Source of the DNA: Candidatus Marinacidobacterium sp.
GTDB taxonomy: Bacteria; Acidobacteriota; Vicinamibacteria; Marinacidobacterales; Marinacidobacteraceae
Reading direction: 5' to 3'
Assembly (NCBI GenBank): GCA_965202845.1
Contig: OZ241856.1
Span: forward strand, 1,027,159 to 1,091,158
Length of the DNA: 64,000 bases
The translations under genes and the position numbers were made by a program. Positions 40,604 to 51,364 of the stretch are shown here, in pieces. The notes under the pieces are model-generated. The model was not told where the DNA came from. It did no database searches and was given only the letters and a program-made list of their open reading frames with translations. How positions within the stretch are numbered: the first letter of the stretch is position 1; the number at the start of each line of letters is the position of its first letter.

Positions 40604-42931
40604 ATGACGGAGTGGCTGCTCGGGAATCCGTGGGTCGCGTTCGCCGAAGGCCGCCTGGAGCTGCCGATCCCCTGGCTGCTGCTCCCGGTCCTCTTCCTGG
40701 CGCTCTGGTGGCTGGGTTGGCGCCAGGTGACGCGCGCCGGATTCCGCGGCGTCGGCAGGCTTCAGCAGCTGGCGCTCGCCGGGATGCGCGGCGCGCTCGG
40801 AACCCTGGTGGCGCTCTGTCTGCTCGGCCCGGAGCTGGTGTTCTCCACCGTGCTGCCCCAGGAGAACGCGGTGGCGGTGCTGCTGGACGATTCCGCCAGC
40901 ATGCGCATCGCCGACGCCGAAGACGGCGAGACGCGCCGCGGCGACTTCCTGCTCTCCCAGTTCCCGGCGGAGGAGGACGCCGACGCCGGACTCGGCGCAA
41001 GGCTCTCCGAACTCTTCGTGACCCGGCTCTTTCGTTTCTCGGATCGGATCGAGCGAGTGGAGAACGCCTCCGAACTCGGCTTCGCCGGCCACCGGACCGA
41101 CATCGGCGCCGCGCTCTCGGCGGTGACCGAAGGCGTTTCCTTCGGACGCCTCGCCGGAATCGTGCTCCTCACCGATGGCGCCGACTCCCTGGCGTCCGCC
41201 GACCCCGCCGCCCTGGAGGACACGCTGCTGCGACTCCGGGAGGGAGGCGCGCCGGTGTACCCGGTGATGCTCGGCGCCGCCTCCTTCGATCGCGACCTGG
41301 CGGTGGGCGAACCGGATCTGCCGCGCCGGGCGCTTCGCGGCTCCCGGCTGGAAATCCGGATCCCGATCCGCGCCCGGGGGCTGGGCGGCGAGACGGCGCG
41401 ACTGGAAGTCCTCGACGAGGGCCGGATCGCGGCGACCCGTTCGGTCCCCATCGAGGGGGACGATTTCGAGACCACGGTCACCGTGCTGGCGCCGGTCGAG
41501 GAGAGCGGAATCCGCCAGCTGCGGTTCCGGGCGGCGCCGTTCCCGGGCGAGATGCCGACCCGAAACAACGAACGGGAGCGGCTGCTGGAAGTCGAGGAGC
41601 GCACGGTGGACATCCTCTACTTCGAGGGCGAGCCGCGCTTCGAATTCAAGTTCCTGCGCCGGGCGGTGCGCCACGATCCCGAACTGCGGGTGGCGGGGAT
41701 GGTGCGCACCGCCGAGGGCAAGTTCTACCGGGTGGACATGGAAAGCCCGGAGGAGCTCGCCGGCGGGTTTCCGAGTTCCCGGGAGGAGCTCTACGGCTAC
41801 GACGCGGTGATCCTGGGAAGCGTGGAGGCGGGGTTCTTCACCCGGGAGCAACTGAACATGCTGCGCGACCTGGTGGCGGTCCGGGGCGGGGGGCTGCTCA
41901 CCCTGGGCGGCAGCTCCTCCTTCGGCGAGGGCGGTTATCGGGGCACCCCCCTGGCCGAGGCGCTGCCGCTGGCCCTTCCCGAAATTCCGGAGGACGCGGC
42001 GCGTCCGGGAGGCGGCGCGCCGGTGTTCCGCGAGCTTCAGGCGCTTCCGACCCGCGCCGGGAACATCCATCCGGTGGTCCGGCTGGAATCGGACCCCGCG
42101 AGCAACGAGCGTCGCTTCCAGGGCATGCCGCCGCTTTCCGCAGTGAACCGCGCCGGCGTCCCCAAGCCCGGCGCGGTCGTTCTCCTGGAAGGCTTTCCCC
42201 CGGGCGGGGGCGGGGCGAGCGAACCGGTGCTGCTCCACCAGCGCTTCGGTCGGGGTCGTTCGGCGAGTCTGACGGTGCAGGATTTCTGGATGTGGCGGAT
42301 GCACGCTTCGATTCCGCTGGAGGACGACGCCCAGGAAGTCATCTGGCGGCGGCTGCTGCGCTGGCTGGCGGCGGAGACGCCCCGCCGGATCGAGGTCGAA
42401 GTCGATCCGTCGGAAGCGCCGCCGGGGGAAGACATCCGGATCACGGCGACGGTGCGCGACCAGCGGTTCCTCGATGTCAACGACGCGGTGGTGGAAGCCG
42501 CAGTGCAAACGCCCGACGGCGCGCGCGAACTGATCCCCCTCGCCTGGACCGGAGTGCGGGACGGCGCCTACGCCGGGGTCTTCCGGGGCGCGACGGCGGG
42601 GATCCACGAAGTCGAAGTCCGGGCGCTCGAAGCCGGGGAAGGCGAGGCGCCGCCGCCAGGCCGCGCCTGGTTCCGCAGCGGAACGGTGAGCGACGAGTAC
42701 TTCGACGCGGAGGCGGACCGGGCGCTTCTGGAACGGATCGCCGACGCCACCGGCGGGCGGGTCTTCCTGCCGGGGGAAGCCGACCGGGTGGTGGATCGCC
42801 TGCAGCTCGCCGACGCCGGGGTCACCGTCACCGAACGCCGCGAACTGGCCTTCATCCCGGCGTTCTTCCTGCTCATCTTCGGGCTGCTGGGCGGCGAGTG
42901 GATCCTGCGGAACCGCTGGGGGCTTCCGTGA
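40604..42931 (+). CDS. BatA-like membrane protein (N-terminal double-TM domain + vWA-like region), copy 1
   Basis: N-terminus LELPIPWLLLPVLFLALWWLGW is typical of the BatA double-TM anchor. VAVLLDDSASMRIAD. 775 aa. Confidence 0.6.
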   Translation: MTEWLLGNPWVAFAEGRLELPIPWLLLPVLFLALWWLGWRQVTRAGFRGVGRLQQLALAGMRGALGTLVALCLLGPELVFSTVLPQENAVAVLLDDSASMRIADAEDGETRRGDFLLSQFPAEEDADAGLGARLSELFVTRLFRFSDRIERVENASELGFAGHRTDIGAALSAVTEGVSFGRLAGIVLLTDGADSLASADPAALEDTLLRLREGGAPVYPVMLGAASFDRDLAVGEPDLPRRALRGSRLEIRIPIRARGLGGETARLEVLDEGRIAATRSVPIEGDDFETTVTVLAPVEESGIRQLRFRAAPFPGEMPTRNNERERLLEVEERTVDILYFEGEPRFEFKFLRRAVRHDPELRVAGMVRTAEGKFYRVDMESPEELAGGFPSSREELYGYDAVILGSVEAGFFTREQLNMLRDLVAVRGGGLLTLGGSSSFGEGGYRGTPLAEALPLALPEIPEDAARPGGGAPVFRELQALPTRAGNIHPVVRLESDPASNERRFQGMPPLSAVNRAGVPKPGAVVLLEGFPPGGGGASEPVLLHQRFGRGRSASLTVQDFWMWRMHASIPLEDDAQEVIWRRLLRWLAAETPRRIEVEVDPSEAPPGEDIRITATVRDQRFLDVNDAVVEAAVQTPDGARELIPLAWTGVRDGAYAGVFRGATAGIHEVEVRALEAGEGEAPPPGRAWFRSGTVSDEYFDAEADRALLERIADATGGRVFLPGEADRVVDRLQLADAGVTVTERRELAFIPAFFLLIFGLLGGEWILRNRWGLP

Positions 42932-43890
42932 CGCACTTCCTCGCGCTGGCGCCCATCACGGTGCTCATCGTCGCCGGGGTCGGCGGGGAAGCCGCCTATC
43001 GCGACCAGTTCTCCGGCTGGGCGGCCGAGCTCTGTTCCGCGGCGCGGGGCGTCCCGAATCCGCCCCGGGTGCGGGTTCTGACCGAGCGGCTTCCCGAAGG
43101 CGGGGAGGGCGGCCCCTGCCAGCCGGTCGGACGCAGCACTGCGGAGACCATCCGGGCCGAGCTGGACGCGGTCCCGGACCCGGAGGCTGGACTGTTCCTG
43201 GCGCTCATCGGGCACGGCAGCGCGACGACCGGACGGGGACCCCGCTTCCACCTGCCCGGCCCCGACATCGCGCCCGAAGACCTGGGGGGGATGCTGGAGC
43301 GGTTCGCCGGGGCGCCGGTGACGGTGGCCCATCTGGGAAGCGCCGCCGGCGCCTTCGTTCCGGCGCTCTCGGCGCCCGGACGGGTGGTCATCGCCGCCAG
43401 TCGCGCGCACGAAATCCACGCCACCCGCTTCGCCGGCCATTTCGTGGCGGCGTTCGCTTCAGTTGAAGATGGCGGCGGCGCCGCCGACCGCGACCGGGAC
43501 AACCGGATCTCGGCGCTGGAGGCGTTCGAATTCGCCCGAACCGAAACCGAGCGCGCCTATCGGGACGCCGGACTGCTGATGACCGAGCACCCGCTGCTGG
43601 ACGACGACGGGGACGGCGCCGGAAGCGGCCTTCCGGGAAGCGCGGACGCTTCCGACGGGGCTCTGGCGGCCCGCACCCATCCCTTCGGGGACCCGGATCG
43701 CCTCCTCGCCGGGGGAGAGGAGCTTCGCGCCCTGGTCAGGGAACGCGACGATCTGGCGGCGCAAGTGGACGCCTTGCGGGCGCTCCGCGCCGAATTCGAG
43801 GACGAGGAGGACTACTTCGCCCAGCTCGAGGAGATTCTGTTGCGGATCGCCGGGATCGAGGAGCGGATCGCCACGATCCGACCGGATTGA
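42928..43890 (+). CDS. Hypothetical protein (Bat-cluster)
   Basis: GTG overlaps the upstream stop as GTGA. N-terminal TM segment and acidic coiled-coil C-terminus. Sits in the same frame as the run-on ORF 40612..43890. Confidence 0.4.
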   Translation: MTHFLALAPITVLIVAGVGGEAAYRDQFSGWAAELCSAARGVPNPPRVRVLTERLPEGGEGGPCQPVGRSTAETIRAELDAVPDPEAGLFLALIGHGSATTGRGPRFHLPGPDIAPEDLGGMLERFAGAPVTVAHLGSAAGAFVPALSAPGRVVIAASRAHEIHATRFAGHFVAAFASVEDGGGAADRDRDNRISALEAFEFARTETERAYRDAGLLMTEHPLLDDDGDGAGSGLPGSADASDGALAARTHPFGDPDRLLAGGEELRALVRERDDLAAQVDALRALRAEFEDEEDYFAQLEEILLRIAGIEERIATIRPD

Positions 43891-46436
43891 TGCTCTTCCT
43901 GCTCTTCTCCCTGGCGCTGGCGCAGTCGCCGCTTGAAGAGGCGCGAAGCGCCCTCGCCGCCGGGGAGTACGAAGCCGCCGAATCCGGCTTCCGGGCGCTC
44001 CTGCCGGCGGAGGAAGCGACGCTGGGGCTCGCCGAGACGCTCCGGATCACCGGTCGCTACGAGGACGCGATCCAGGCCGCCTCCGGCCCCCATGCGCGCC
44101 TGGCCCGCGCCCGGATTCACATCGAGATCGGGGAGGACGAGCAAGCGCTCCCGCTCCTCGAGGACATCCTGGCGACGCCCGCTCTCCTCCCCTGGGACGA
44201 AACCCGCCTGGCGGCAGAGCTGGAACGCGCCGGAATCGCCGCCCGCCGGGGCGAAAACGCCCGGGAGCGGCTGGAGCAGGTTCTTGACAACTTCAACCGG
44301 ACGCCGCCCGGCGCGATCGTCGCGCCGGCGCTTCTCGTGGCGGGGCGCGCCCTGGAGCAGCTCGGTCATCTGGGAAGCGGCCTGGTGCGCGAGGCGCTCG
44401 ACGTCTTCGACCGGGCCGCCGAACAAGCGCCCAAAGCGCGGCTCCCGCGTCTTCTGGCCGCCGAACTGTTCGCCGACAAGGGCAACACCCCCGAGGCGGC
44501 GAAGGAGTTCGGGAGCGTTCTGGAGGCCAATCCGAACGACCCCCGGGCGCTTCTCGGAATCGCCCGACTCGGCGGCGCCGAGGGGGCCGGCGCGCTGGAC
44601 GCGGCGCTGGAAGCGAACCCGCGCCACCCGGCGGCCCGGGCGCTTCGGGTGGTGCGCCTGCTGGAGGAGGACAAGACCCTGGCGGCGCTGGAGGCGGCGG
44701 AAGCGGCGGTCCGGGACCTTCCGCAGTCGCCGGACGCGCTGGGGGCCCACGCCGCCGCGCTCTTCCTGAGCGGCGACCCGGCCGGCGCCCGCGCCGTCGA
44801 GGAGCGCTTTCATGCCGCCTTCCCCGGCGACCCCCGCCTCGACCTGGGGGTGGGAGCGGCGGCCGAACGCACCCGGCGCTACCGGGAAGCGGCGGAACGC
44901 GCCGAGCGGGCGCTGACCCGGGCGCCCGATTCGATCTCCGCCTGGCGGCTGCTCGGCGTCAACCAGCTGCGCCTGGGGGACATGGAGGCCGGGCGGGCTT
45001 CGCTCGAAGCCGCCTTCGCCCGGGACCCCTTCGACGTCCTGGTCAAGAACACCCTGGACCTGCTGGACGTGCTGGACGACTTCCGGGTCGTCCGATCGCC
45101 GCCCTTCGTCTTCGTGCTGCCCCCGTCGCAGGCGGACCTGCTGCTCCCCTGGCTGGAGCAGGTCTCCCACGAAGCGCTTCGGACGTTCGGCGAGCGGTAC
45201 GGGTTCGAGCCGGACGGAACCATCCGCATCGAGGTCTACGACCGCTCGGCCGACTTCTCGGTGCGCACCGTGGGCGTGACCGGAATCGGGGCGCACGGCG
45301 TCTGCTTCGGGAACACCATCGCCTTGGAGTCGCCTTCGGCGCGCGGGGTGGGCGCCTACCACTGGACCTCGACGCTGTGGCACGAGCTCGCCCACACGGT
45401 GACAATGGGGCTGACCGGCAACCGGGTGCCGCGCTGGTTCACCGAGGGGGTGAGCCAGCTGGAGGAGCGGCGCCGCTTCGGAGACGGCGCGTCCCCGGCG
45501 TTTTACCGGGCGCTGGGCGAGGGGCGCCTGCTTTCGGTGGGCGACCTGGACGAGGGCTTCCTGCGTCCCTCCTGGCCGGGGCAGGTGGCGGTCTCCTACT
45601 ACCATTCCTCCCTGGTGCTGGAGCATATGGAGTCGGTTCGCGGCTTTCCCGCCGTCCTTTCCATGCTGGACGGCTTCGCCCGGGGCGAAACCAGCCGGGA
45701 GGCGATCCCCGCCGCGCTCGGAATCCCGCTCCAGGCGTTCGACGAGGACATCACCACCGTTCTCGAGTCCCGATTCGGCGCGGCGGCGCGGGGACTGGGC
45801 GATTCCCCGGTTCCGAAGACGCTTCCCGAAACGCTCCCGCTGGCGGAGGCCGCGCCGGAGAATTTCCTGCTCCAGCTTCGGGCCGGAACCCTGCTGGAAT
45901 CGCAAGGCCGGGACGCGGAGGCGCAGCCCTTCCTCGAGCGGGCGCTTCGGCTCGCGCCCGACTACGGGGGACTGGACGGTCCCTCGGGGGCGCTTTCCCG
46001 CATCCACGAACGGGCCGGCCGGCTCGACGAGGCGGCCCGGGCGCTCGAAAGGCGACTGGGGCGGGTTCCCGCCGACCATGAGGGCTGGCTGCGGCTCGCC
46101 GACCTCCGGGAGCGCGCCTCGAACCTCGAAGGCGCCGCCGAAGCGATGGAGGCGGCGCTTCTCGCCTGGCCGATGGACCGGGGGCCGCACGAGCGGCTGG
46201 CCGACCTGTACGCGCGCCTCGGCGACCACGCCGGCGCGATCCGGCAGCGGAACGCGGCGCTCGCCACCGATCCGCCGGACCGGGCGGGCGCCCTCTACCG
46301 GCTCGCCCTGGCGCACCACCTCGCCGGCGACGCCCGGGCCGCGCGCCGTCGGGTGCTGGAAGCGCTCGAAATCGCCCCCACGTATTCCGAAGCCCTGGAT
46401 CTCCTGCTCCGCATGCGGAAGGAGGGGGGATCGTGA
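43887..46436 (+). CDS. TPR-repeat protein with HExxH (peptidase MA-like) domain
   Basis: Many TPR-like helices. LWHELAHTV followed by FTEGVSQLEE. ATGA overlap with the upstream gene. Confidence 0.55.
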   Translation: MMLFLLFSLALAQSPLEEARSALAAGEYEAAESGFRALLPAEEATLGLAETLRITGRYEDAIQAASGPHARLARARIHIEIGEDEQALPLLEDILATPALLPWDETRLAAELERAGIAARRGENARERLEQVLDNFNRTPPGAIVAPALLVAGRALEQLGHLGSGLVREALDVFDRAAEQAPKARLPRLLAAELFADKGNTPEAAKEFGSVLEANPNDPRALLGIARLGGAEGAGALDAALEANPRHPAARALRVVRLLEEDKTLAALEAAEAAVRDLPQSPDALGAHAAALFLSGDPAGARAVEERFHAAFPGDPRLDLGVGAAAERTRRYREAAERAERALTRAPDSISAWRLLGVNQLRLGDMEAGRASLEAAFARDPFDVLVKNTLDLLDVLDDFRVVRSPPFVFVLPPSQADLLLPWLEQVSHEALRTFGERYGFEPDGTIRIEVYDRSADFSVRTVGVTGIGAHGVCFGNTIALESPSARGVGAYHWTSTLWHELAHTVTMGLTGNRVPRWFTEGVSQLEERRRFGDGASPAFYRALGEGRLLSVGDLDEGFLRPSWPGQVAVSYYHSSLVLEHMESVRGFPAVLSMLDGFARGETSREAIPAALGIPLQAFDEDITTVLESRFGAAARGLGDSPVPKTLPETLPLAEAAPENFLLQLRAGTLLESQGRDAEAQPFLERALRLAPDYGGLDGPSGALSRIHERAGRLDEAARALERRLGRVPADHEGWLRLADLRERASNLEGAAEAMEAALLAWPMDRGPHERLADLYARLGDHAGAIRQRNAALATDPPDRAGALYRLALAHHLAGDARAARRRVLEALEIAPTYSEALDLLLRMRKEGGS

Positions 46437-47242
46437 ACATCCGGACCGGCTTCCTGGCGCTCGCCGGAGCTTCCGCGCTGCTGGCGGCCGCCGCGCTGGC
46501 GCTGGGCGACGATCCGCCCCGGGCCGCCTTCCGTCCGGACCCGAACGCGGTCGAACTGCCGCTGGACTACCGGAACACCCCCTATGACCATCGGTTCTCC
46601 TTCGTCCGCATCCGCTTCGAGCCGCCGCGCTACCGGCGCGGCCCGTTCTACTGGGGCATGGACCTCAAGTGGAACCACGACTACCCGTGGGGCGAGCAGA
46701 ACCTGGGGCGCATCCTCGCCGAATACACCTCGCTCTCGCTCCACGAAGAGGGCAGCGACATCTACTCGCTGAACGAGGCGGAGCTCTTTCGCCGGCCGTG
46801 GGCGTACCTGTGCGAACCGGGCTTCTGGCATCCGAGCGACCAGGAAGCCGAGAACCTCCGCTCCTGGCTCTTCCGGGGCGGTTTCCTGGTGGTGGACGAT
46901 TTCGTCCAGAGTCGCCAGCTGGGCAACTTCATCTTCCAGATGGATCGGGTGCTTCCCGGCTACGACCTGGTGGAGCTGGACGCCGCCCACCCGGTTTTCG
47001 ACTCCTTCTTCCACATCGAGACGCTGGATTTCGAGCACGTCCAGCGCCCCGATCTGAAGCCGGTGTACTACGGCTATTTCGAGAACAACGACCCGCAGGA
47101 GCGCCTGATGGTGATCGCCAACTACAACCACGACATCGGCGATTACTGGGAGTGGTCCGGCAGCGGCTACTGGCCGGTGGACCTCACCAACGAGGCGTTC
47201 AAGCTGGGCGTCAACTACGTCATCTACGGGATGATCCACTGA
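46433..47242 (+). CDS. DUF4159 domain protein, paralog 2
   Basis: Signal peptide MNIRTGFLALAGASALLAAAALA. GGFLVVDDFVQSRQL...GVNYVIYGMIH. Confidence 0.6.
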   Translation: MNIRTGFLALAGASALLAAAALALGDDPPRAAFRPDPNAVELPLDYRNTPYDHRFSFVRIRFEPPRYRRGPFYWGMDLKWNHDYPWGEQNLGRILAEYTSLSLHEEGSDIYSLNEAELFRRPWAYLCEPGFWHPSDQEAENLRSWLFRGGFLVVDDFVQSRQLGNFIFQMDRVLPGYDLVELDAAHPVFDSFFHIETLDFEHVQRPDLKPVYYGYFENNDPQERLMVIANYNHDIGDYWEWSGSGYWPVDLTNEAFKLGVNYVIYGMIH

Positions 47243-47259
47243 AACCAAGGGAGAACCGC

Positions 47260-48306
47260 TTGATCGAACCGCTTCTCGAGGAAGAAATCGTCGAAACCAC
47301 CCCCGAAGAGAGCGACCGGGACCTCGCCGTCCGCCTCCAGGACTCGATGGCGGCCGTCACGAAGGAGATCCAGAAGGCGATCATCGGGCAGGAGGCGGCG
47401 CTGGAGCAGGTGCTGGTGAGCCTGCTGACCGGCGGCAACAGCATCATCACCGGCGTTCCCGGCCTCGCCAAGACCCTGATCATCCAGACGCTCTCGCAGA
47501 CGCTCTCGCTGGGATTCAACCGGATCCAGTTCACCCCGGACCTCATGCCGTCCGACATCACCGGCACCGACATCATCCAGGAGAACCCGGAGACCGGGAA
47601 GCGCAGCCTGGTCTTCGTCAAGGGGCCGGTGTTCACCAACATCGTGCTCGCCGACGAGATCAACCGGACTCCGCCGAAGACCCAGTCGGCGCTGCTGGAG
47701 GCGATGCAAGAGCATCAGGTCACGGTGCAGGGCCGGACCTGGCGGCTGCCCGAGCCGTACTTCGTGTTCGCCACCCAGAACCCCATCGAGCTGGAGGGCA
47801 CCTATCCGCTCCCCGAGGCGCAGCTGGACCGCTTCCTGTTCAACATCGTGATTGGCTACCTGCCGGTGGAGCAGGAGCGGGACGTGGTGCGGGCGACCAC
47901 CCGGGACGTCCGCCCGGAGCTCCGGCAGGCGCTCGACGGCGCCGACCTCATCCGGTTCCAGCGTCTCACCCGCCGGGTGCCGGTCACCGAACCGGTCCTC
48001 GCCTACGCGGTGGACCTCGCACGCCGCAGCCGGCCGGGCGCCGAAGACGCCCCCGACTTCATCAAGGAGTGGGTCGCCTACGGAGCGAGCGTGCGCGCCG
48101 CCCAGAACGTGGTGCTCGCCGGGAAGGCGCGCGCCCTGCTGGAGGGCCGGCGCCACGTCGCCATCGAGGACATCCGGGCGATGACGCCGCCGGTCTTCCG
48201 CCACCGGATCCTTCCCAACTTCCACGCCCAGTCGGAGAAGGTGGATGCGGAGGATCTGGTCGAGCGGCTGCTCAAGGCGACCCCGGCCCCGACCTCGAGG
48301 ATGTGA
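47260..48306 (+). CDS. moxR: MoxR-family AAA+ ATPase
   Basis: IIGQEAALEQVLVSLLTGGNSIITGVPGLAKT (Walker A), ADEINRTPPKTQSALLEAM, VFATQNP. Start is TTG preceded by AAGGGAG. Confidence 0.85.
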   Translation: MIEPLLEEEIVETTPEESDRDLAVRLQDSMAAVTKEIQKAIIGQEAALEQVLVSLLTGGNSIITGVPGLAKTLIIQTLSQTLSLGFNRIQFTPDLMPSDITGTDIIQENPETGKRSLVFVKGPVFTNIVLADEINRTPPKTQSALLEAMQEHQVTVQGRTWRLPEPYFVFATQNPIELEGTYPLPEAQLDRFLFNIVIGYLPVEQERDVVRATTRDVRPELRQALDGADLIRFQRLTRRVPVTEPVLAYAVDLARRSRPGAEDAPDFIKEWVAYGASVRAAQNVVLAGKARALLEGRRHVAIEDIRAMTPPVFRHRILPNFHAQSEKVDAEDLVERLLKATPAPTSRM

Positions 48307-48312
48307 GGCGGC

Positions 48313-49275
48313 GTGCCGGGAGTAGTCCAGGCGTCCGACCCGGCTGTCCGGTTCCTCGATCCGGCCACCCTGGCGCGCATCGGCAACTTGCAGCTCATCG
48401 CCCGTGCGGTGGTCCAGGGGTTCATCAGCGGCCTCCACCGCTCCACCTTCCTCGGGCGTTCGGTGGACTTCGCCGAGCATCGGCCCTACATGCCCGGCGA
48501 TGACCTCCGACGGCTGGACTGGCGCCTCTTCGCGCGCTCGGACCGGTTCCACGTCAAGGAGTTCGAGGCGGACACCAACGCCAACTTCGTGGTCGCGGTG
48601 GACATTTCGGGATCGATGGACTTCGGGCGCCGGGGCATCCGCAAGCTGGACTACGCCCGCTTCCTCGCCGCCTGCCTCGCGGCGTTCTCCCGCAGCCAGC
48701 GGGACCGGGTGGGGCTCGTCACCTTCGACGCCGCGCTCCGCGAGTTCGTGCCCCCCTCGGCGAAACACCTCGACACCGTGCTCCGCCGCCTGGCGGGCGT
48801 GAAGCCGGGACCGATGCGGAAGGAGGAGGCCGGCGATGCGGACAGCCTGGGCGGGGTGCTGGCCCGCATGGGCGCCGCCCTCCCCCGGCGCGGTCTGGTG
48901 GCGGTGGTTTCCGATTTCTACGAACCGGCCGAACAGGTGATCGCGGCGTTCGACCGGCTGCGGGCGACCGGCCACGACATCATGGCGTTCCATGTGCTCG
49001 ATCCGGCGGAGCGGGATCTCGACCTCGCCGGGGACGCTGACTTCGACGACCGGAACGCCCGGCTGCGCGACCTCGAAACCGGGGCGATCCTCGAAGTGCA
49101 GCCCGGCCGCATCCGGGAGGACTATCGGGCGCTGCTCGAGCGCCACCTCCGGGATCTGGGCGCCGGCCTGGGGCGCCGCGGCGTGGACCATGTGCTGACC
49201 GACACCGCGACCCCCCTGGACTTCGCGCTCTTCCGCTACCTGAGCGAACGCGAGGGGCGGGCGCGCGGCCGCTGA
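48313..49275 (+). CDS. DUF58 domain protein (MoxR-associated, vWA-like)
   Basis: RLDWRLFARSDRFHVKEFEADTNANFVVAVDISGSM. The usual MoxR-DUF58 gene pair. Confidence 0.75.
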   Translation: MPGVVQASDPAVRFLDPATLARIGNLQLIARAVVQGFISGLHRSTFLGRSVDFAEHRPYMPGDDLRRLDWRLFARSDRFHVKEFEADTNANFVVAVDISGSMDFGRRGIRKLDYARFLAACLAAFSRSQRDRVGLVTFDAALREFVPPSAKHLDTVLRRLAGVKPGPMRKEEAGDADSLGGVLARMGAALPRRGLVAVVSDFYEPAEQVIAAFDRLRATGHDIMAFHVLDPAERDLDLAGDADFDDRNARLRDLETGAILEVQPGRIREDYRALLERHLRDLGAGLGRRGVDHVLTDTATPLDFALFRYLSEREGRARGR

Positions 49276-49276
49276 G

Positions 49277-51364
49277 ATGGGCTTCCTCGCGCCGCTCTTC
49301 CTTTTCGGAGGCTTTCTGGTCGCGCTTCCGATCGTCCTCCACCTCACCCGCAGGAAACGGAAGCCAGTCGCGTTCCCCTCGCTCTTGTTCATGCAGCGGA
49401 TGGGACTTCCGCTCCGCGTCCGGCGACGGCGGCTCCGGAACCCGCTGCTGCTCCTCCTCCGCGCGGCGGCGCTCCTCCTGCTGGCGCTGGCGTTCGCCCG
49501 CCCGCTGCTGGAATCGGAATCGGCCGCCGACTGGATCGATCCGCCCCGGGACGTGGCGCTTCTGATCGACCGCTCGCTCAGCATGCGGATCGGCGACCGT
49601 GCGGCCGCCGCCCGTGACGCGGCGCTCGAAATTCTCGCCGGCCTCGGTCCCGCCGACCGGGCGGTGGTGGTGGCCTTCGACGACCGCCCGGAAGCGCGCA
49701 CCGAGCTCACCCTGGATCGGGAAGCGCTCCGCCGGGCGGTGGAGGCCATCCCCGGCGGGGAAGGGGGCGGCCGGTTCCCCGCCGCCCTGGGATTCGCCGC
49801 CCGGCTGCTCCCGGCGACCCCCGGCCGCCGTCGCGAGGTGGCGCTGCTCTCGGACCTGCAGCGCAGCGGATTTGACGACGGGCGCCCCGGGCAGGCGCTC
49901 CCGGCGGGAGTGGACGCCCGGGTGGTGGGAGTGGGGGCGGCGCCGGCGTCATGGGGCGCCTGGACGCACTCGGTCTCGCTGGCCCCGGAAGGGCGGAACC
50001 AGCTGGCGGCCACCGCCCGGATCGGATTCCTTCCCGGTCCGGATGGCGACTCGGTGGAGGTCGAGGCGGTTCTTGAACTCGCCGGCCGTGCGGTGGAGCG
50101 GCGGACAATCCGACTCGAAGGCCCCCGCTCCCACCAGGCGGCGACAGTCCGGTTCGCCCCGTTTGTCCGTCCGGCGGAGCCGCTGGAAGCCGAAGTCCGC
50201 ATTTCCGGCGCCCTGCCCGACTGGCTTCCGGACGACGACGTCTTCCGATTCGGAGTGTTTCCGGGGAATGCGCTTCGGGTCCGCGCCCTCGGGGGAACGC
50301 CGTCGATTCATCTGCGGGAAGCCCTTGCGGTGGGTTCCGCTCCGGCGTTCCTCCTGGAAGGCGTCCCAGCGCGCGGCGACGCCCTCGCCGGGACGGATGT
50401 CGCGCTGTCGGTCGATCCCGGACGCCTGAATCAGGGGACGGCGCGGGCGCTGGCGGAGCACGTTGAAGGCGGCGGAGGCTTGGTCCTCGGCATGGGGCCG
50501 ACGCGCGTCCGCGCCGATCTCGACGCCCTGCTGCCGGTTTCTCTCGGGGACGCGCAGGAACGCTTCCCCCCGACGCGGCTCGCAAGCCTGCTCGAACGCC
50601 ATCCGGTCTTCGCCCCCTTTGCCGGCGGGGGCGGGGCGACGGCGGCGCTCAGCGGGGCGGCTTTCCACCGGTATCGCCGGGTGTCCGGAGCGCCGCCCGA
50701 TGGAACGACGCTCGCCCGCTTCGACGACGGGAACCCGGCGATCCTCGCCTTCGAGAAGGGAGCGGGCAGGGTGGCGGCGCTCCTTTCCACCTTCGACCCG
50801 TCCTGGAACGACCTGGCGCAGCGTCCGGCGTTCGTTCCGCTGATCCATCAACTGCTGGCATGGACGGCGCGTTTCGAGGAACGCCCGATCGCATGGCGGG
50901 TGGGGCAGATCGTGGACCCGGCGCGCGCCTTCCGGCTGGACGGGGATGGAGACGTGGTGATCCGGTCCCCGTCGGGGAGCGCCCGGTCGCTGGAAGCGGG
51001 CGCGACCCTCCGGCTGGACGCCACCGGCGCCTGGGGCGCCCGCCATCCGGAGGGTGACGCCTTCCAGATGTTGCTTGCGAACCCGCCTTCCGCCGAGCTG
51101 GATCCGACGCTGCTGGATCCGGAGGAGGTGCGGGTGGCGATCCTGGCGCCGGAGCGTCCGTCCCCCGACGCCGGGGCGGAGGGCGCCGACTCCGCGCCGC
51201 CGGCGCCCCCTGCGGAAGGCGCGCGGCTGGAATGGCCCTTGCTTCTGGCAGTCGCCATGCTGCTCCTCGCCGAGGGAACGCTCGCCAGCGGCGGCCTGGC
51301 CGCGCTCTTCCGGCGCCGCCGGGCGCCCGATTCGGGTACGGTCCCGGCATCCCCTGCCCAATGA
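49277..51364 (+). CDS. batA: BatA-like membrane vWA protein, copy 2
   Basis: MGFLAPLFLFGGFLVALPIVLHLTRRKR double-TM N-domain. ALLIDRSLSMRIGD. 695 aa. Confidence 0.7.
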   Translation: MGFLAPLFLFGGFLVALPIVLHLTRRKRKPVAFPSLLFMQRMGLPLRVRRRRLRNPLLLLLRAAALLLLALAFARPLLESESAADWIDPPRDVALLIDRSLSMRIGDRAAAARDAALEILAGLGPADRAVVVAFDDRPEARTELTLDREALRRAVEAIPGGEGGGRFPAALGFAARLLPATPGRRREVALLSDLQRSGFDDGRPGQALPAGVDARVVGVGAAPASWGAWTHSVSLAPEGRNQLAATARIGFLPGPDGDSVEVEAVLELAGRAVERRTIRLEGPRSHQAATVRFAPFVRPAEPLEAEVRISGALPDWLPDDDVFRFGVFPGNALRVRALGGTPSIHLREALAVGSAPAFLLEGVPARGDALAGTDVALSVDPGRLNQGTARALAEHVEGGGGLVLGMGPTRVRADLDALLPVSLGDAQERFPPTRLASLLERHPVFAPFAGGGGATAALSGAAFHRYRRVSGAPPDGTTLARFDDGNPAILAFEKGAGRVAALLSTFDPSWNDLAQRPAFVPLIHQLLAWTARFEERPIAWRVGQIVDPARAFRLDGDGDVVIRSPSGSARSLEAGATLRLDATGAWGARHPEGDAFQMLLANPPSAELDPTLLDPEEVRVAILAPERPSPDAGAEGADSAPPAPPAEGARLEWPLLLAVAMLLLAEGTLASGGLAALFRRRRAPDSGTVPASPAQ